A model generated the notes under the pieces. It did no database searches. It was not told the DNA's origin and saw nothing but the letters and a program-made list of their open reading frames with translations. Positions 23,650 to 34,139 of a stretch of DNA of 64,000 bases are shown here, in pieces (within the stretch, counting starts at the first letter, position 1; each line of letters begins with the position of its first letter). Source of the DNA: Mobula birostris (Eukaryota); the NCBI RefSeq assembly GCF_030028105.1, contig NC_092379.1:18432742-18496741 (forward strand), given 5' to 3'. A program made the position numbers and the translations under genes.

Positions 23650-23780
23650 TCACTTTATTTCACACTTTCCTGCTGAACAATGATACTGTTGGGTAGAACC
23701 ATCGGAGAATGTTGCATTGAGATTACTCTGGTAAAAGAACATTGGCACAGGCTCCAAAAAACAGCTGGGACAACTTCCAC
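23650..23780 (-). CDS. IgW: IgW short-form secretory tail exon S1 (after CH2)
   Basis: ttccatttccAG|gt gga gives GGSCPSCFLEPVPMFFYQSNLNATFSDGSTQQYHCSAGKCEIK*. AATAAA overlaps the last codons (23659-23654). Resembles the recalled Cys-rich IgW/IgX short tail (..YQSNLNVSFSDG..QYHC..GKCEIK). Confidence 0.88.
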
Positions 23781-24463
23781 CTGGAAATGGAAGATTCATA
23801 GATTTAAGTGTTAGATATTTTCACCTCTTTTCCCATGCTTGGAAAAAAGGGAGCCCCACATATTCCCACTCTGTATCCTCTGTATATCACATCCTATCGG
23901 GATGAGGTTATGTCAGCAATGATAAATGCATGTTGTCTCTGAACCTGGTCGAGGATCTGAGGACACAAGGTCACAACATTCACTTGAGGATTGGGCATCA
24001 ATTCAAAATTAGTCCCGCCACCTACATTTCAGTGAGTGGACAATCGACAGAAGAGTCTCTCAGGAAACACTGGAAATAGACTCTGGAGACTGAAACAAAT
24101 ACAAAAATGCAGAGATATTTTTTTGAGGAACTAACACTGAGAAGACAGTGAAAAAGGAACAGGGAGATTTTCTCTAGAAGGTAAAACATGGGACGTGAGC
24201 TTTGCTCACTAAATTATTTTCATTATAACTACAAACATAGACAACTAAAATTATTGAGACGGAATGGACAGGTGACCTGATCTTACACCTTTCCTGCCCA
24301 GTAGATGGGGTTAAAGCTGCTGGTGATATGAGTTGATTCAAAGTGCAAGAATCATCTGTACATCACTCAACAAGATCGACAGTAGGGACAGGAATTGGGT
24401 GGGAGTATCAGTTAAGTAGTTTAGTATTGTAAGATAATTAATTTTTCTTCAGACATCACTCAC

Positions 24464-24835
24464 CCTCTTGATACATCATGTTGACCTGACCACTGAAACC
24501 GGAAGGTGCGTGATTCACTTCACAAATATATTTCTGTTTCTTGGTCCATTCCTGCACAGGCACTGTCAGGTAAGCGATTGTTTCAAATCCACCATCAGAT
24601 CTCGGAGTGGAAGGGAGAATGATGCCTTTTTGGGCAGATCCAGCTTTTTTCCAGGATACTTTAACGTTGTCAGGAGCGAATCCAGATATCACACAGCCCA
24701 GGACAGCATTTGCTTGACTGTGGATTGCCTCCCGGGATGGAACAAGGGAGCTGAGCTTCGGAGCTGTAACAGGGGAGTTGCGCTTCGGAGTTGTAACAGG
24801 GGGGCTGCGCGTCGGAGCTGTAACACATTTAATAT
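24464..24835 (-). CDS. IgW: IgW CH2 exon with N-terminal Pro/Thr-rich repeat
   Basis: acAG|at att aaa tgt gives IKCVTAPTRSPPVTTPKRNSPVTAPKLSSLVPSREAIHSQANAVLGCVISGFAPDNVKVSWKK...YICEVNHAPSGFSGQVNMMYQE g|GTGAGT. Open frame, C1-set Cys/Trp/Cys. Confidence 0.9.
24744..24824 (-). repeat. 27-bp coding tandem repeat x 3 inside CH2
   Basis: gtaac anchors at 24770, 24797 and 24824 on +; units encode VTAPTRSPP / VTTPKRNSP / VTAPKLSSL. Confidence 0.9.
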
Positions 24836-25698
24836 CTGTCAGTACATGATTGCTTTGCCCATGTTTTTGACTTCATTCTCCCTCATCCCAGGCAAGTTCC
24901 CCAATTCCAGCCCTCTCAAGAATGTTGTTAATTTACAGCTGATCTGATGATCTGATGGCTCACACCAGTGAGTGGCAGGGCTGGGTGTATAACTTGGGCC
25001 TCCCAGCAGTGTGTCCCACTGTGCTATGATATTGCAGAGAGGTGGGTCATGGGGCTGAGGTGCAGACCTGCCATATCTAATTGTTTAATGGAGAATGACT
25101 GATACCAGCTCCTGTGAGCAGCAGTACATGGTGTGGTACAGTTTCCACTGGCAAGTTTGGGAAACACAATTTTACTTTCAATGAGAAAGAAGAACAGATG
25201 GACAGGAGGAAATTATTTTTTTTTGTAACTGCAAAGGCTTGTTCAGATCTGTGAGAAACTGGTTAAAGAAGGGCAGTGGAGTGGATTCCTCCATCACATT
25301 CACAAGGGATTGCTTTTACCAGAAGAAGGGCAGCTGCAGGGTGGAGGGGGAAAGTGCGGAGGAGTGGGGTAAAGTTTAAATTGTTGTTCTGTGTGCAGGG
25401 GCACGATGGGCCAGCGGTCTCTGTATGTGTACAGGAGCTGATCTGTAGGGAGGGTTTAGTGGGAGGGGGTGGTGGAGAGGCTCCTGAAATTAGACAGTGG
25501 AGCGGATACAATGGAGGCAGATCCTGATACTGAGTTTCACTGCCCATATTGACTGTTATACATTTTCTCACTGCTGTTGTAAGAGCAGAATAAAGGAGTT
25601 AGTTGCCATGCTCCTGCATTATCTGACAAAGCTTCCTACTCCAGATTTATGCTCTGACATCAGTGCAGCTTTCGATATAAATTAGTTCTGATACTAAC

Positions 25699-26280
25699 AT
25701 TGAGGTTGAGGTTTCTGCCACTGCGATGTCACACTCCCTGCCTTGCAGGAGTAGACTTTATTCTTCTTCTAGTCCGCCGCAGAGACTTCAAGCAAGCTGC
25801 TCATTATGTACTTAGAATTTTGCCCCAACACCGCCGGGTATTTCTTATTTTTTTTTTAGCATGTCATACCAGACGTTCAGCCATTCTTGTCTGGCACGTG
25901 GTGTCAGGATTAACCGGGTCATGTTATGAACGTTCCTGACTTGACCCTTATATATTTCTTACGAGGCCAAGTGGCTATCTCGACACTCAACCGGGCACGG
26001 ATGGACAGTGTGCTCGGGAGTGGGGAAAGCGTGCTAGGGAGTGGCCTAACCAGGATTTGAACTCGGGAACATTCGCTCCAGAATCTGGTGCTGATCTCAC
26101 TGCGCCACCAGCCGGCCTGGAATTTCTTAATTCCAGTGGTGATGTCCCCACTGTTAGTGGACCATGTCTGACTGATGCTCTCAGGCTGATAGTCCTTGAC
26201 CAGACAGAGGAGGCTGATGCCTTGGTCAGATTCTGTGTTGCAGGAAGGAGTGATGTAGACTGATGGTGCGGACTTGACCT
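25699..26280 (-). pseudogene. IgW: IgW CH1 exon interrupted by a SINE and carrying a nonsense codon
   Basis: Acceptor tttcAG|ag gtc at 26280 gives EVKSAPSVYITPSCNTESDQGISLLCLVKDYQPESISQTWSTNSGDITTGIKK, then the insert, then YPAVLGQNSKYIMSSLLEVSAAD*KKNKVYSCKAGSVTSQWQKPQPQ and donor t|GTTAGT at 25698. TAG is at 25771-25769. Confidence 0.92.
25848..26121 (-). mobile_element. tRNA-derived SINE (~274 bp) with poly-A tail and 8-bp target-site duplication
   Basis: A-box TGGCGCAGTGAG (26107-26096), B-box GAGTTCAAATCC (26064-26053), A-rich 3' end, and TSD TAAGAAAT at 26122-26129 and 25840-25847. Confidence 0.92.
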
Positions 26281-29200
26281 CTGAAATGGAAAGAAATTCA
26301 CAGGCGGTTCTCTGAATAAATGCATTACTGGCAGAGAAAGGAGACGTTTTATAAAGCAGTAATTTTCAAAATTATTCACCTCATGAAACAAAGCTGATAT
26401 CACTTTAACACTCAGCTGTGAGTCTGTGTCGCTGAGGTAGGAGGGTGTGGATCAATCCCACAGTGGCAACTTGGACTCACAATCCAGGCCAACACTTCAG
26501 TGCAGGACTGAGGCAGTGACCCAATGTCCGATTGGTCGGATTTCAGCCAAAATACCAAAGTGACAATCTGTCTCTCCTCCAAATACAATTCCTGATTCGG
26601 AAAAGTCTGTTAGCACTTGATCAATGAAGTTTACAAAAAAAGTAAGATTTAGAAGTAACTTATTTGAATAATTCTGATGTGCTCAGTGTTGCTGTTGATG
26701 AGAGGAGTGATTGGTGTGGATATAGTGGTACCCAGTCTCCAGCACCATGTGTGCAATATAGTGGAGGTTGGGAAATGGACTCTGCTTCTGAAATTCAACT
26801 CAACAGACTACATGATGCAGCTGACACTGCCTCACATATTTACCGTGTGTGACTGAGCAAGAATTCCAACCCCACTGAGTCTGTGGAAACTACTGGCTAA
26901 CTGGGAGGGAATGGTAACTTGCATCAGAAAGGACAGAGGAACTGTGGAAATACATTAGCCCAGACTCTGTGGAGAAGTGTCGGCCAACACAACCGACAGT
27001 GACGATGAGATTCCTGGGGAGATGGAGAATTCTCAAAGTGTTGTTAGATGTAGGTGATATTCTCACTGAACGACCAGCCCAGAGAGGAAATGCAGGTTGT
27101 AGCAATTCCCAACCACTTAAGGTGTAAAATACACTTGAAAGCACTGTTTCTTAATTCATTTCACAGGAAAAGGAGACGTGTTGACTTACTAAGGTAGGTA
27201 AAGGTGCGAAGATCAATTAGCTAATTGACCAATTGACAGCTTTGACAGGTGGATATGTGGTTTGACCAGTTGTCAGAGTTACCTTGAACAGTGTTGTAGA
27301 CGGGGTTTGTTCTGACCCACCGATGTGACATCATTCACCTCATGATTGACACTGTCAATGACAGATTGTTGCTGGTGGATGAGGTTAAAATCACCCAAAA
27401 AGACTGTGTGGACACAGCAGGAGCTCTGGGAGTAGGAGACTAGCAGGAGGGTATGTGTCAGGCAGTGTGAATTGCAGTAGATGAGGGCTTTGTTGCCCAA
27501 CAGTAAGATGGTCAACAGACACACACAGGCTTCAGATCGATTCTGCTATTGGAAGGGCAGCAAATTCAACATTTGGAGTGGAAGTGGAGTGGTGGGAAGG
27601 TCACAATTTCATTCAGGGGCAAAATAATGAAATATTCACTTCACAGTCATCACTCTGGGACAAAAGGCATAAAATATTGAAACCTGGGTTTCAAATAGAA
27701 TGAATATAAATCAATAACTATCTCAAGTAGATAGGAATCGATATAATGTAACTGGTCAGTAATGACAGCTGCATTGTTTTGAACCATTTCAAGGTGACAC
27801 TGGGGACTGTGAACTCAGAATATTTGCCTTCCTGAGCAAACACAGGTGATTCAGGTTGACAGGACAGGCAGAGCAGAGAAATGGTCCCTTTCTCATTCCT
27901 TTCAGACTGAGCCTGAAACAACCAGTGAAATGCTGACGTCAGACTCCCCATCGGGGACACAACTTCTGTCAAACAGTGGGGCAAGCTGACCTGTGCTGTG
28001 ATTGAAGTGTCACAGGAGAGAAAGCACAGGGCACGGTGCCAGCCGGACCATGTCCACACAGACCGGGCTGAATGGTGCTGGTTCAAACCTACTGGGACTC
28101 TCCCCACACTCCTACACTGGGAAAGGTGGGACCTCACTGGGTTTCTGGATGCTGGCGGCTTGTGTTGAGGTGTATCAGGGCCTCAGCATTAAATAGCCTC
28201 AGACAACACCCTGCTGGGACTCTGGGTCCAGAACACCCTGATGGGAGGGGTTTGTCTTGTGTTAATGCTGTCATGTAATTTAACAAGTTCAAAATGACTT
28301 GGAAACATTAAAGTTAATGTAAATTCCTGTGGCAACAATTAACTTTGCATATTTTGTTTAAAATAATAAATCTGAAATGCATTAAAACATAATAATCAGA
28401 CAGAAATCATTCCTGGATAAATCCCTTCCCAAGGCCCAGAACCCCCAGTCAGATGAATGGAAAATGTGATCCTTTGTCAGGTCCGGCCTGTGAGGGAAAC
28501 GTGGAGGTGGATTTCCCAGTGTTACCCTGGGAATTCCAGCAGGACCTGGTGCCATGTGGTAGTGTGTGGTCACTGCTCTGGAGGCATATGTCACTCAGTA
28601 AATCCTGGGTTACAGTGGTCTGTGGAACTGTGAGATTGACTCCAGTGTAAGTGACTGAACACTAGTTGTCTCCTTCAGACTGCCAGGCACAACCAGCACC
28701 ATTTCACCCACACTATCCTCAGCTTCCCAGGTAGACAGTACCTCAGGAAAGGGCTGGTCAGCTGTAGTCTGAGGAGCCTTACTGCTCTTTATCAGTGTCA
28801 ACCCCTGACAGCAGGGGAATTGCTGGACCAAAGACTAGGGACCATATGGATGGCCTATAACTAACTAGTGTTTGTCTATTCATCTACTGCATAGTCAGAA
28901 TTCAGCTGAGGACTTCTCAGTGGTGGGGAACTTTAGGAATTGTAGGCTGAAAGTGACCATTCCCTTCCAACATCACCCAAACGGACTAGATTGTCATATC
29001 GTAGTTCAGTTTGTGGGAACAAGATGCAGACAAGTTGGATGTTTCATCCCCCAAATGAAGTGACACACTGCAGAAATACTTGCTGGGTTTGGAAAGACTC
29101 TGGGATGTTCTGGGGTTGCAGAAGTCAATGAAAAACAGATTGTTTTCTTGAAAATAAATTCAGTAAAATAAAACCTGAAACAGCGTAGTTGCCAGAAATC

Positions 29201-29432
29201 AGACTGACAGAGTCTGGTGAAAGGTCACTGATGTGAAACATTAACTCTGTTTCTCACCCACAGATGTTCCCTGAGCTGCTCAGTGTTGGCAGTGCAGGAG
29301 GCACAATAATGTCAGTCGGTGAGATTTGCAGCTGAGGATCTTTTACATCCCAGGACCAGCAGGTGGTAAGTACAGTTCTGTCTGGATCAGTGTTCCTCTG
29401 CGTCTTTATAAAAACACCGATCAAACTGACTG

Positions 29433-29686
29433 CAGGGTGCTGGGGTGAAGAGGGAACTGGATCTGGGCGGGTCACAGGGTGCTGGGGTGAAGAGGGGAAC
29501 TGGATCTGGGTGGGTCACAGGATGCTGGGGTGAAGAGGGGAACTGGATCTGGGTGTGTCACAGGGTGCTGGGGTGAAGAGGGGAACTGGATCTGGGTGGG
29601 TCACAGGGTGCTGGGGTGAAGAGGGGAACTGGATCTGGGTGGGTCACGGTGCTGGGGTGAAGAGGGGAACTGGATCTGGGTGGATC
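29433..29686 (+). repeat. G-rich minisatellite, ~43-bp unit x 6, in the J-CH1 intron
   Basis: Repeated cagggtgctggggtgaagaggggaactggatctgggtgggtca with few substitutions. Confidence 0.92.
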
Positions 29687-31940
29687 AGCTCAGAAGAAAT
29701 TTGCAATGAAATAACACTTGGGAATTTGTACGAAATGATTGCTGATGAATCAGCAGATTGGGGGAGACTCAGTCTGATTTTAGTCTGTATTGTACTAAGT
29801 GGATAGAATATCGGGTAGTATGAACGAAAGGTGGGCAGTTTTATTTATTCATCCTTTGGGATCTGGGCTTTGCTGGTAAAGTCTGAATGAATTACACATC
29901 TGAGCTGCTATTCAGAGGGCATTTGGAGACAAACACATTGATGGATCAGGAGTCATAAATAGGCTCGAAGGGTAAGGATGACAGATCTCCTTCCCTGAGG
30001 GACATCAGTAAAACTGAAGGGTCATCATTACCAATGATTGGATTTAAAAACAATACCAATTATTAAAATCTTGGAAATCCGACCACAGATCCAAATCTGT
30101 ATTATGAACTGAGTATAAATTTGTCAATTTTGTTGTGGTGGTATCCGTGGACTGTTCATCCATCCCTCTGCACTACTCATCTGCTTTGATGTACTGTCCT
30201 GTTTCCAATCACTCCAAATCCAACCTTGTGCCTGTCCATTGGATCACTGTGTCCACGGTGTCCTGGACAATATTTCTCCTTCAATAACATCACCAGAACA
30301 GACTGTCTGATGGTTCTCACCTTGCAGTTTGTGGATTCTGCTGTGTGCAGAGTGGCTCCACATTCCCGACTCTACAACAGGGCTGTACTTTGAAACAACT
30401 TCATTGCCTGTGAAGAACTCGGGGGCACCATGAAAGGTGCTCTGTAAATGTCAGCACTTTATCTCACAACCACTTTTACTGAATCACCAGCAACACTGGT
30501 TAACGTAGGAAAACACTTGTTAAACAAACCCAGTCGGGGGATGGAGGAGGACAAGAAATTAGATGAGTTGCTCTGTCTGTGAACTGAGAATAAGCAGTTC
30601 ATTTGAACAGTAAAGTTCAACTCATGTCCCGTGAGTGTGTGATGGGACAGGTTGGGGGAAGCTTCACTCTGTGTCTAACCTCTGCTGCCCCTGTCCTGGA
30701 AGGGATGGGACAGTGCAGAAGGATCTTTGTATCTAATCCGTGGCTGCCAGGACAGGACATGGGAGCTGTGATCTGCATTTAACTCATGCTCTGTGTACTC
30801 TGGGGTGCTGGTTGGAATCCCTTTGAGGAAGAATTTCCCAGATTTACAAGATAAATACTGATTCCATTGAATGATAGAGCAGAGAGTGAGGCCGTTCATC
30901 CTATTGTTTCTGTGCTTCATTTAGCTGAGCAAACCCAATAGACCCATTGGTCTCTCTGCTCTTTTCTGTATCCCTACAAATGGCGGATCTCCTCCTGTTC
31001 CCTCTCCACACTCACTATTGGCCATCACCATCATTCAGGCAGTGTGTTCCAGATCACAAATGTTCATCAACAAACCTTCCCTTAAATGCTCCCCTATTAC
31101 ACATTATTGACTTGAACTCTTCCCTCCCCACCCCACCTGCACCACTCCCCACTCCTCCACCCAACAATGCAAGGCTGCCCGGAACGTGTGAAGGAATTGT
31201 GATTTCAATTCCCTGCCTTACCTTTCCTGCACCACTTCCCCACTGCCTTCCCAACTCCAAAAATCTTCCCCACAGTACCCCACCTCCTCGCCCATCAGGG
31301 AATAAAACTAAAACCTCAATCCCATCAATTAATCCTGGGATATCGCCGATACTTTTGCTGTATCCCAGGACGGACCTCACGCCGGACATTACATGATGGG
31401 ACTGACACCCACCTGTACCCTGGGGATATTGAGCCATCAACCAGATGATACATGTGTACACCGTTCCCTCAGATTATGTCTGAATCCCATTACCTTCAAC
31501 ATGAAAGCAGCCGACAGTAAAACCGAATCCCAATAATTTGACACCGAACAGATCCATTGTTGTCACTGTCAGGGAACAAGTTCAACTGCATTGAAACGCT
31601 TAGCCCCTGAACGTGGCTTCAGTCGGTGCTGAGGATCAGAAGCCAGACTTGAACCAAACACTGAGCTCACTCAGCACAATCGGCTGGTGTCAAGGCACAG
31701 TCTGGTGACAAGATCCGACCCCGTTCCCCTGCGCCTGTTCCCGGTCTGTGGACAGTTCACTGGTGGGTGGGGTGTGTACCCTTGTACTGTTACTGGGCTC
31801 TAGAGAAACCCGCCGGTTCAGGGAGATTCATGTACTTTCTCTAAATATCTCACTGATTTCAGATGAATCGCCGGATTCACCAAAACTGTAAATAAATAAA
31901 ATACTAGTGCGTGATTATACAATTGAGAAGTTGGTCTTAC

Positions 31941-31988
31941 CCGAAGTCACTGTCAGCGAGGTTCCTCCGCCTCAGTAGCCAAGACAGT
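31941..31988 (-). pseudogene. IgW: IgW JH segment with stop at the conserved Trp (CLGY*GGGTSLTVTS)
   Basis: ac tgt ctt ggc tac TGA ggc gga gga acc tcg ctg aca gtg act tcg g|GTAAGA. TGA at 31974-31972 replaces TGG of WGxG. Confidence 0.92.
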
Positions 31989-32027
31989 CACAGTGCTCCG
32001 TCTCCCCATTCACCCAGTGCAGTAATT
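31989..32027. other. J-segment RSS (perfect heptamer, 22/23-nt spacer, degenerate nonamer)
   Basis: CACAGTG at 31989-31995 abuts the J coding end, followed by a 23-nt spacer and GCAGTAATT (only 4/9 consensus). Confidence 0.7.
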
Positions 32028-32344
32028 TCACTTGCCCGTCACATCCAATAATCTCAGCAAAATGTCAACATGATCCCTGTCCGGACCCGGAGCAGCCGCT
32101 TCCAGGATTTCCATCCCAAACTCCGTCCTTGTCTCTTGTTGGCGTGTGAGTAAAGGCATTTTCACAATTTCCCTGTCTGCGGACACCGGCTCCCGCCATC
32201 CCCCAGAATCAGAGTCAAATCCTTTTGGGCTTTTAATTGTCCAGAAATGGGCATTTGCGTCCAGCAGTCCGAGTGAGGCTTCAGGGATTTGACTCTGGGA
32301 AGCAGCAATGCGGAATCCGTGGAGACAGCTCCTTTGTCGGGACC

Positions 32345-32372
32345 AGTTTCTGTTCAGCTCCCCATCACCGTG
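32345..32372 (-). other. Recombination signal sequence with 12-nt spacer 3' of the V(D)
   Basis: Minus strand: CACGGTG (32372-32366) + atggggagctga (12 nt) + ACAGAAACT (7/9 match to ACAAAAACC). No credible nonamer at 22/23-nt spacing. Confidence 0.85.
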
Positions 32373-32678
32373 CTCCCACCCTCTCGCACAGTAATAGGTG
32401 GCCGTGTCGTCCAGTCTCAGGTTGTTCATTTGCAGATAGACGGTGCTGCTGTCCTTGGAAACAGTGAACCGGCTCTGGACTCCAGGCGCGTTGTACTTGC
32501 TACCACCACTCGATATAGTCGCCACCCACTCCAGCCCTTTCCCGGAGACCTGTTTCACCCAGTCCATGCTGCAGCTGCCGAGGCTGAACCCACTGACCGC
32601 ACAGGTCAGTCTGTGGGAATGTCCGGGCTTTACCACAAGCTGACTCGGGCTGTGTCAGCACGACAACGGACCGCACGC
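32373..32678 (-). pseudogene. IgW: IgW VH segment with +1 frameshift in FR1, ending in a 9-nt D-like extension (germline-joined VD)
   Basis: [14 protein letters not shown] is in one frame; [88 protein letters not shown] is in another. There is an extra T in gag tca gct T gtg gta aag (~32637). Cys22, the FR2 Trp and YYC are present. Confidence 0.93.
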
Positions 32679-32787
32679 CTGTCAATAAAAAAGAGCAGAA
32701 ATTGATAAAATGTTCCACGGTCAGGGGTTCACAAAGCCTCCGAGAAACAGCCGGTCCCGGTTGAGCGACAAGCGGCGGGACACCCAC

Positions 32788-32833
32788 CTGCCAGACAAGA
32801 CAGGAGGAGACAGAAATAAGGCACGACCCCCAT
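32788..32833 (-). pseudogene. IgW: IgW VH leader exon (MGVVPYFCLLLSCLA-G)
   Basis: ATG at 32833, 15 hydrophobic codons plus 1 nt, then donor G|GTGGGT at 32787. The 109-nt intron ends in ttttattgacAG at 32679, matching typical split Ig leader organisation. Confidence 0.9.
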
Positions 32834-32918
32834 CGCCCTGAGCACTGAGCCAGACTTGGACACTTTGAGATCGGCGGCTTCAGCTCAGGCCGGCTTTGTC
32901 CGGAACCACAGTGAGCGC

Positions 32919-32940
32919 TTTTTTGATAGGGACGTGGGCT
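32919..32940 (-). promoter_or_regulatory. Possible degenerate TATA / ACGT element of the VH promoter
   Basis: Minus strand cccACGTccctATCAAAAAAgcg lies ~90-105 nt upstream of the leader ATG. Supported by position only. Confidence 0.3.
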
Positions 32941-34139
32941 GTGAGTGAGAGAGGGAGCAGCGGTTTGAACAGGCTCTCACACACTGAAACCAGAGGCGCA
33001 GCTTCCTGTCCCCATCCACAGCAGCGATTTCAATTCCCCAAAAGATGTTTGTCTCTGCAACAGGCGGCAGGTCAGCGGCAGTGACCAGATCCGGATTAAA
33101 GATCGGTCACTCTCTGTTCGATTCATCAATTTCAGCGATGAACAGTTTGTTTAAACTGAAACACACAGAATCCCAGCGAGAGAGAATGAGAGACACCAGT
33201 CAGTGGACAGATATCCCCCGGGAGACAGGGACTGAGAGACCAGTCAATGGACAGATATTCTCCTTAGAGACATAGGCTGAGACTGTCTTTGCAGGAAAAT
33301 GTATGAAGCAACAAAAAGAGTTACCACACAATCTTCTCACTGCTCCCACACCACAAGAATCAATGCTAAACAGAGATTCCTGGTGGAAATGGGTGGAATT
33401 TACACTTATAAGGTATTTTCTCTTTCAGGGACTTGGCACCATGAATTTCAGTGCCAAGCCCTCAGCAGTTCTCCCCACAAAATCTTTTTAACCTGTTTCA
33501 GTGTGATACTGGTTGAGGGATCAATGTCGGGACAGATAGTGGAGAACTTTCCAAACCTTTTATGTCCACCTGACACAACAACCCCACCATGGCACCAGTC
33601 AAAATAGTGAAACTTCTTTTTACCCCCAAGAGGACCACAATCTTGTCAAAGAGTATCGTGGCTTGTGTGCCTCAGTGAACCAGAGATCTATGTTGGCTTA
33701 CATCAGGGTCTTGTGCTTTAACTCTAGGTTGGGTCACCCATGCCAAACATGTTAAAGGGTAGAGACCAAACAAAGAACGGTTCACCGTTCCTCCAGGTTT
33801 GGAGTTTCAGGTCAGGGTTAGTGAACCTGACTCATTATAAAGAAAATTGTAATTGTTACGAGATGCTCCCAACTGTGCCAGCTTCCAGGATTTAGACTCT
33901 CCAACTCTCTGGAGCACAGATAGCCGGTAGCAGCCCCTTTAAGGTTCAGGATGATCCTGCTAATTGATAATCATGTTTTGGGCACCAAGAATTGAGTATG
34001 AAAGAACACCTGAACTGATGTTCAGTGCTCAATGGTAAACCCTACTAGTGATATTGTCTAGCATTCGTTTTGTGCTCAGACCTGGATCCAGTTTGATACC
34101 GTGTCTCGATCTTTGTTTCGGATACTCCAGCATTTGGGT

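Noticed and set aside
26410-26497. CACAGTG at 26459-26465 with J-like spacing to a possible donor
   Set aside because: No F/WGxG motif and no nonamer at 12 or 23 nt.
27279-27524. ORF containing VFLGDFN
   Set aside because: Best explained as a decayed LINE endonuclease fragment, not a host gene.
28600-28860. ORF 28610-28831 / possible second CH1 remnant
   Set aside because: No consistent Cys-Trp-Cys spacing in any frame; the true CH1 is at 25699-26280.
29433-29686. Tandem array considered as a CRISPR-like structure
   Set aside because: Vertebrate DNA, and the units are contiguous with no unique spacers.
31541-31580. J-like 11-mer ctgacagtgac shared with the real J
   Set aside because: No WGxG, heptamer or splice donor; consistent with chance.
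32908-32914. CACAGTG upstream of the leader
   Set aside because: No nonamer and no adjacent coding segment.
33081-33110. Imperfect palindrome gtgacc-a-gatc...gatc-ggtcac ~250 bp upstream of the V ATG
   Set aside because: Short and imperfect, with no evidence of function from sequence alone.
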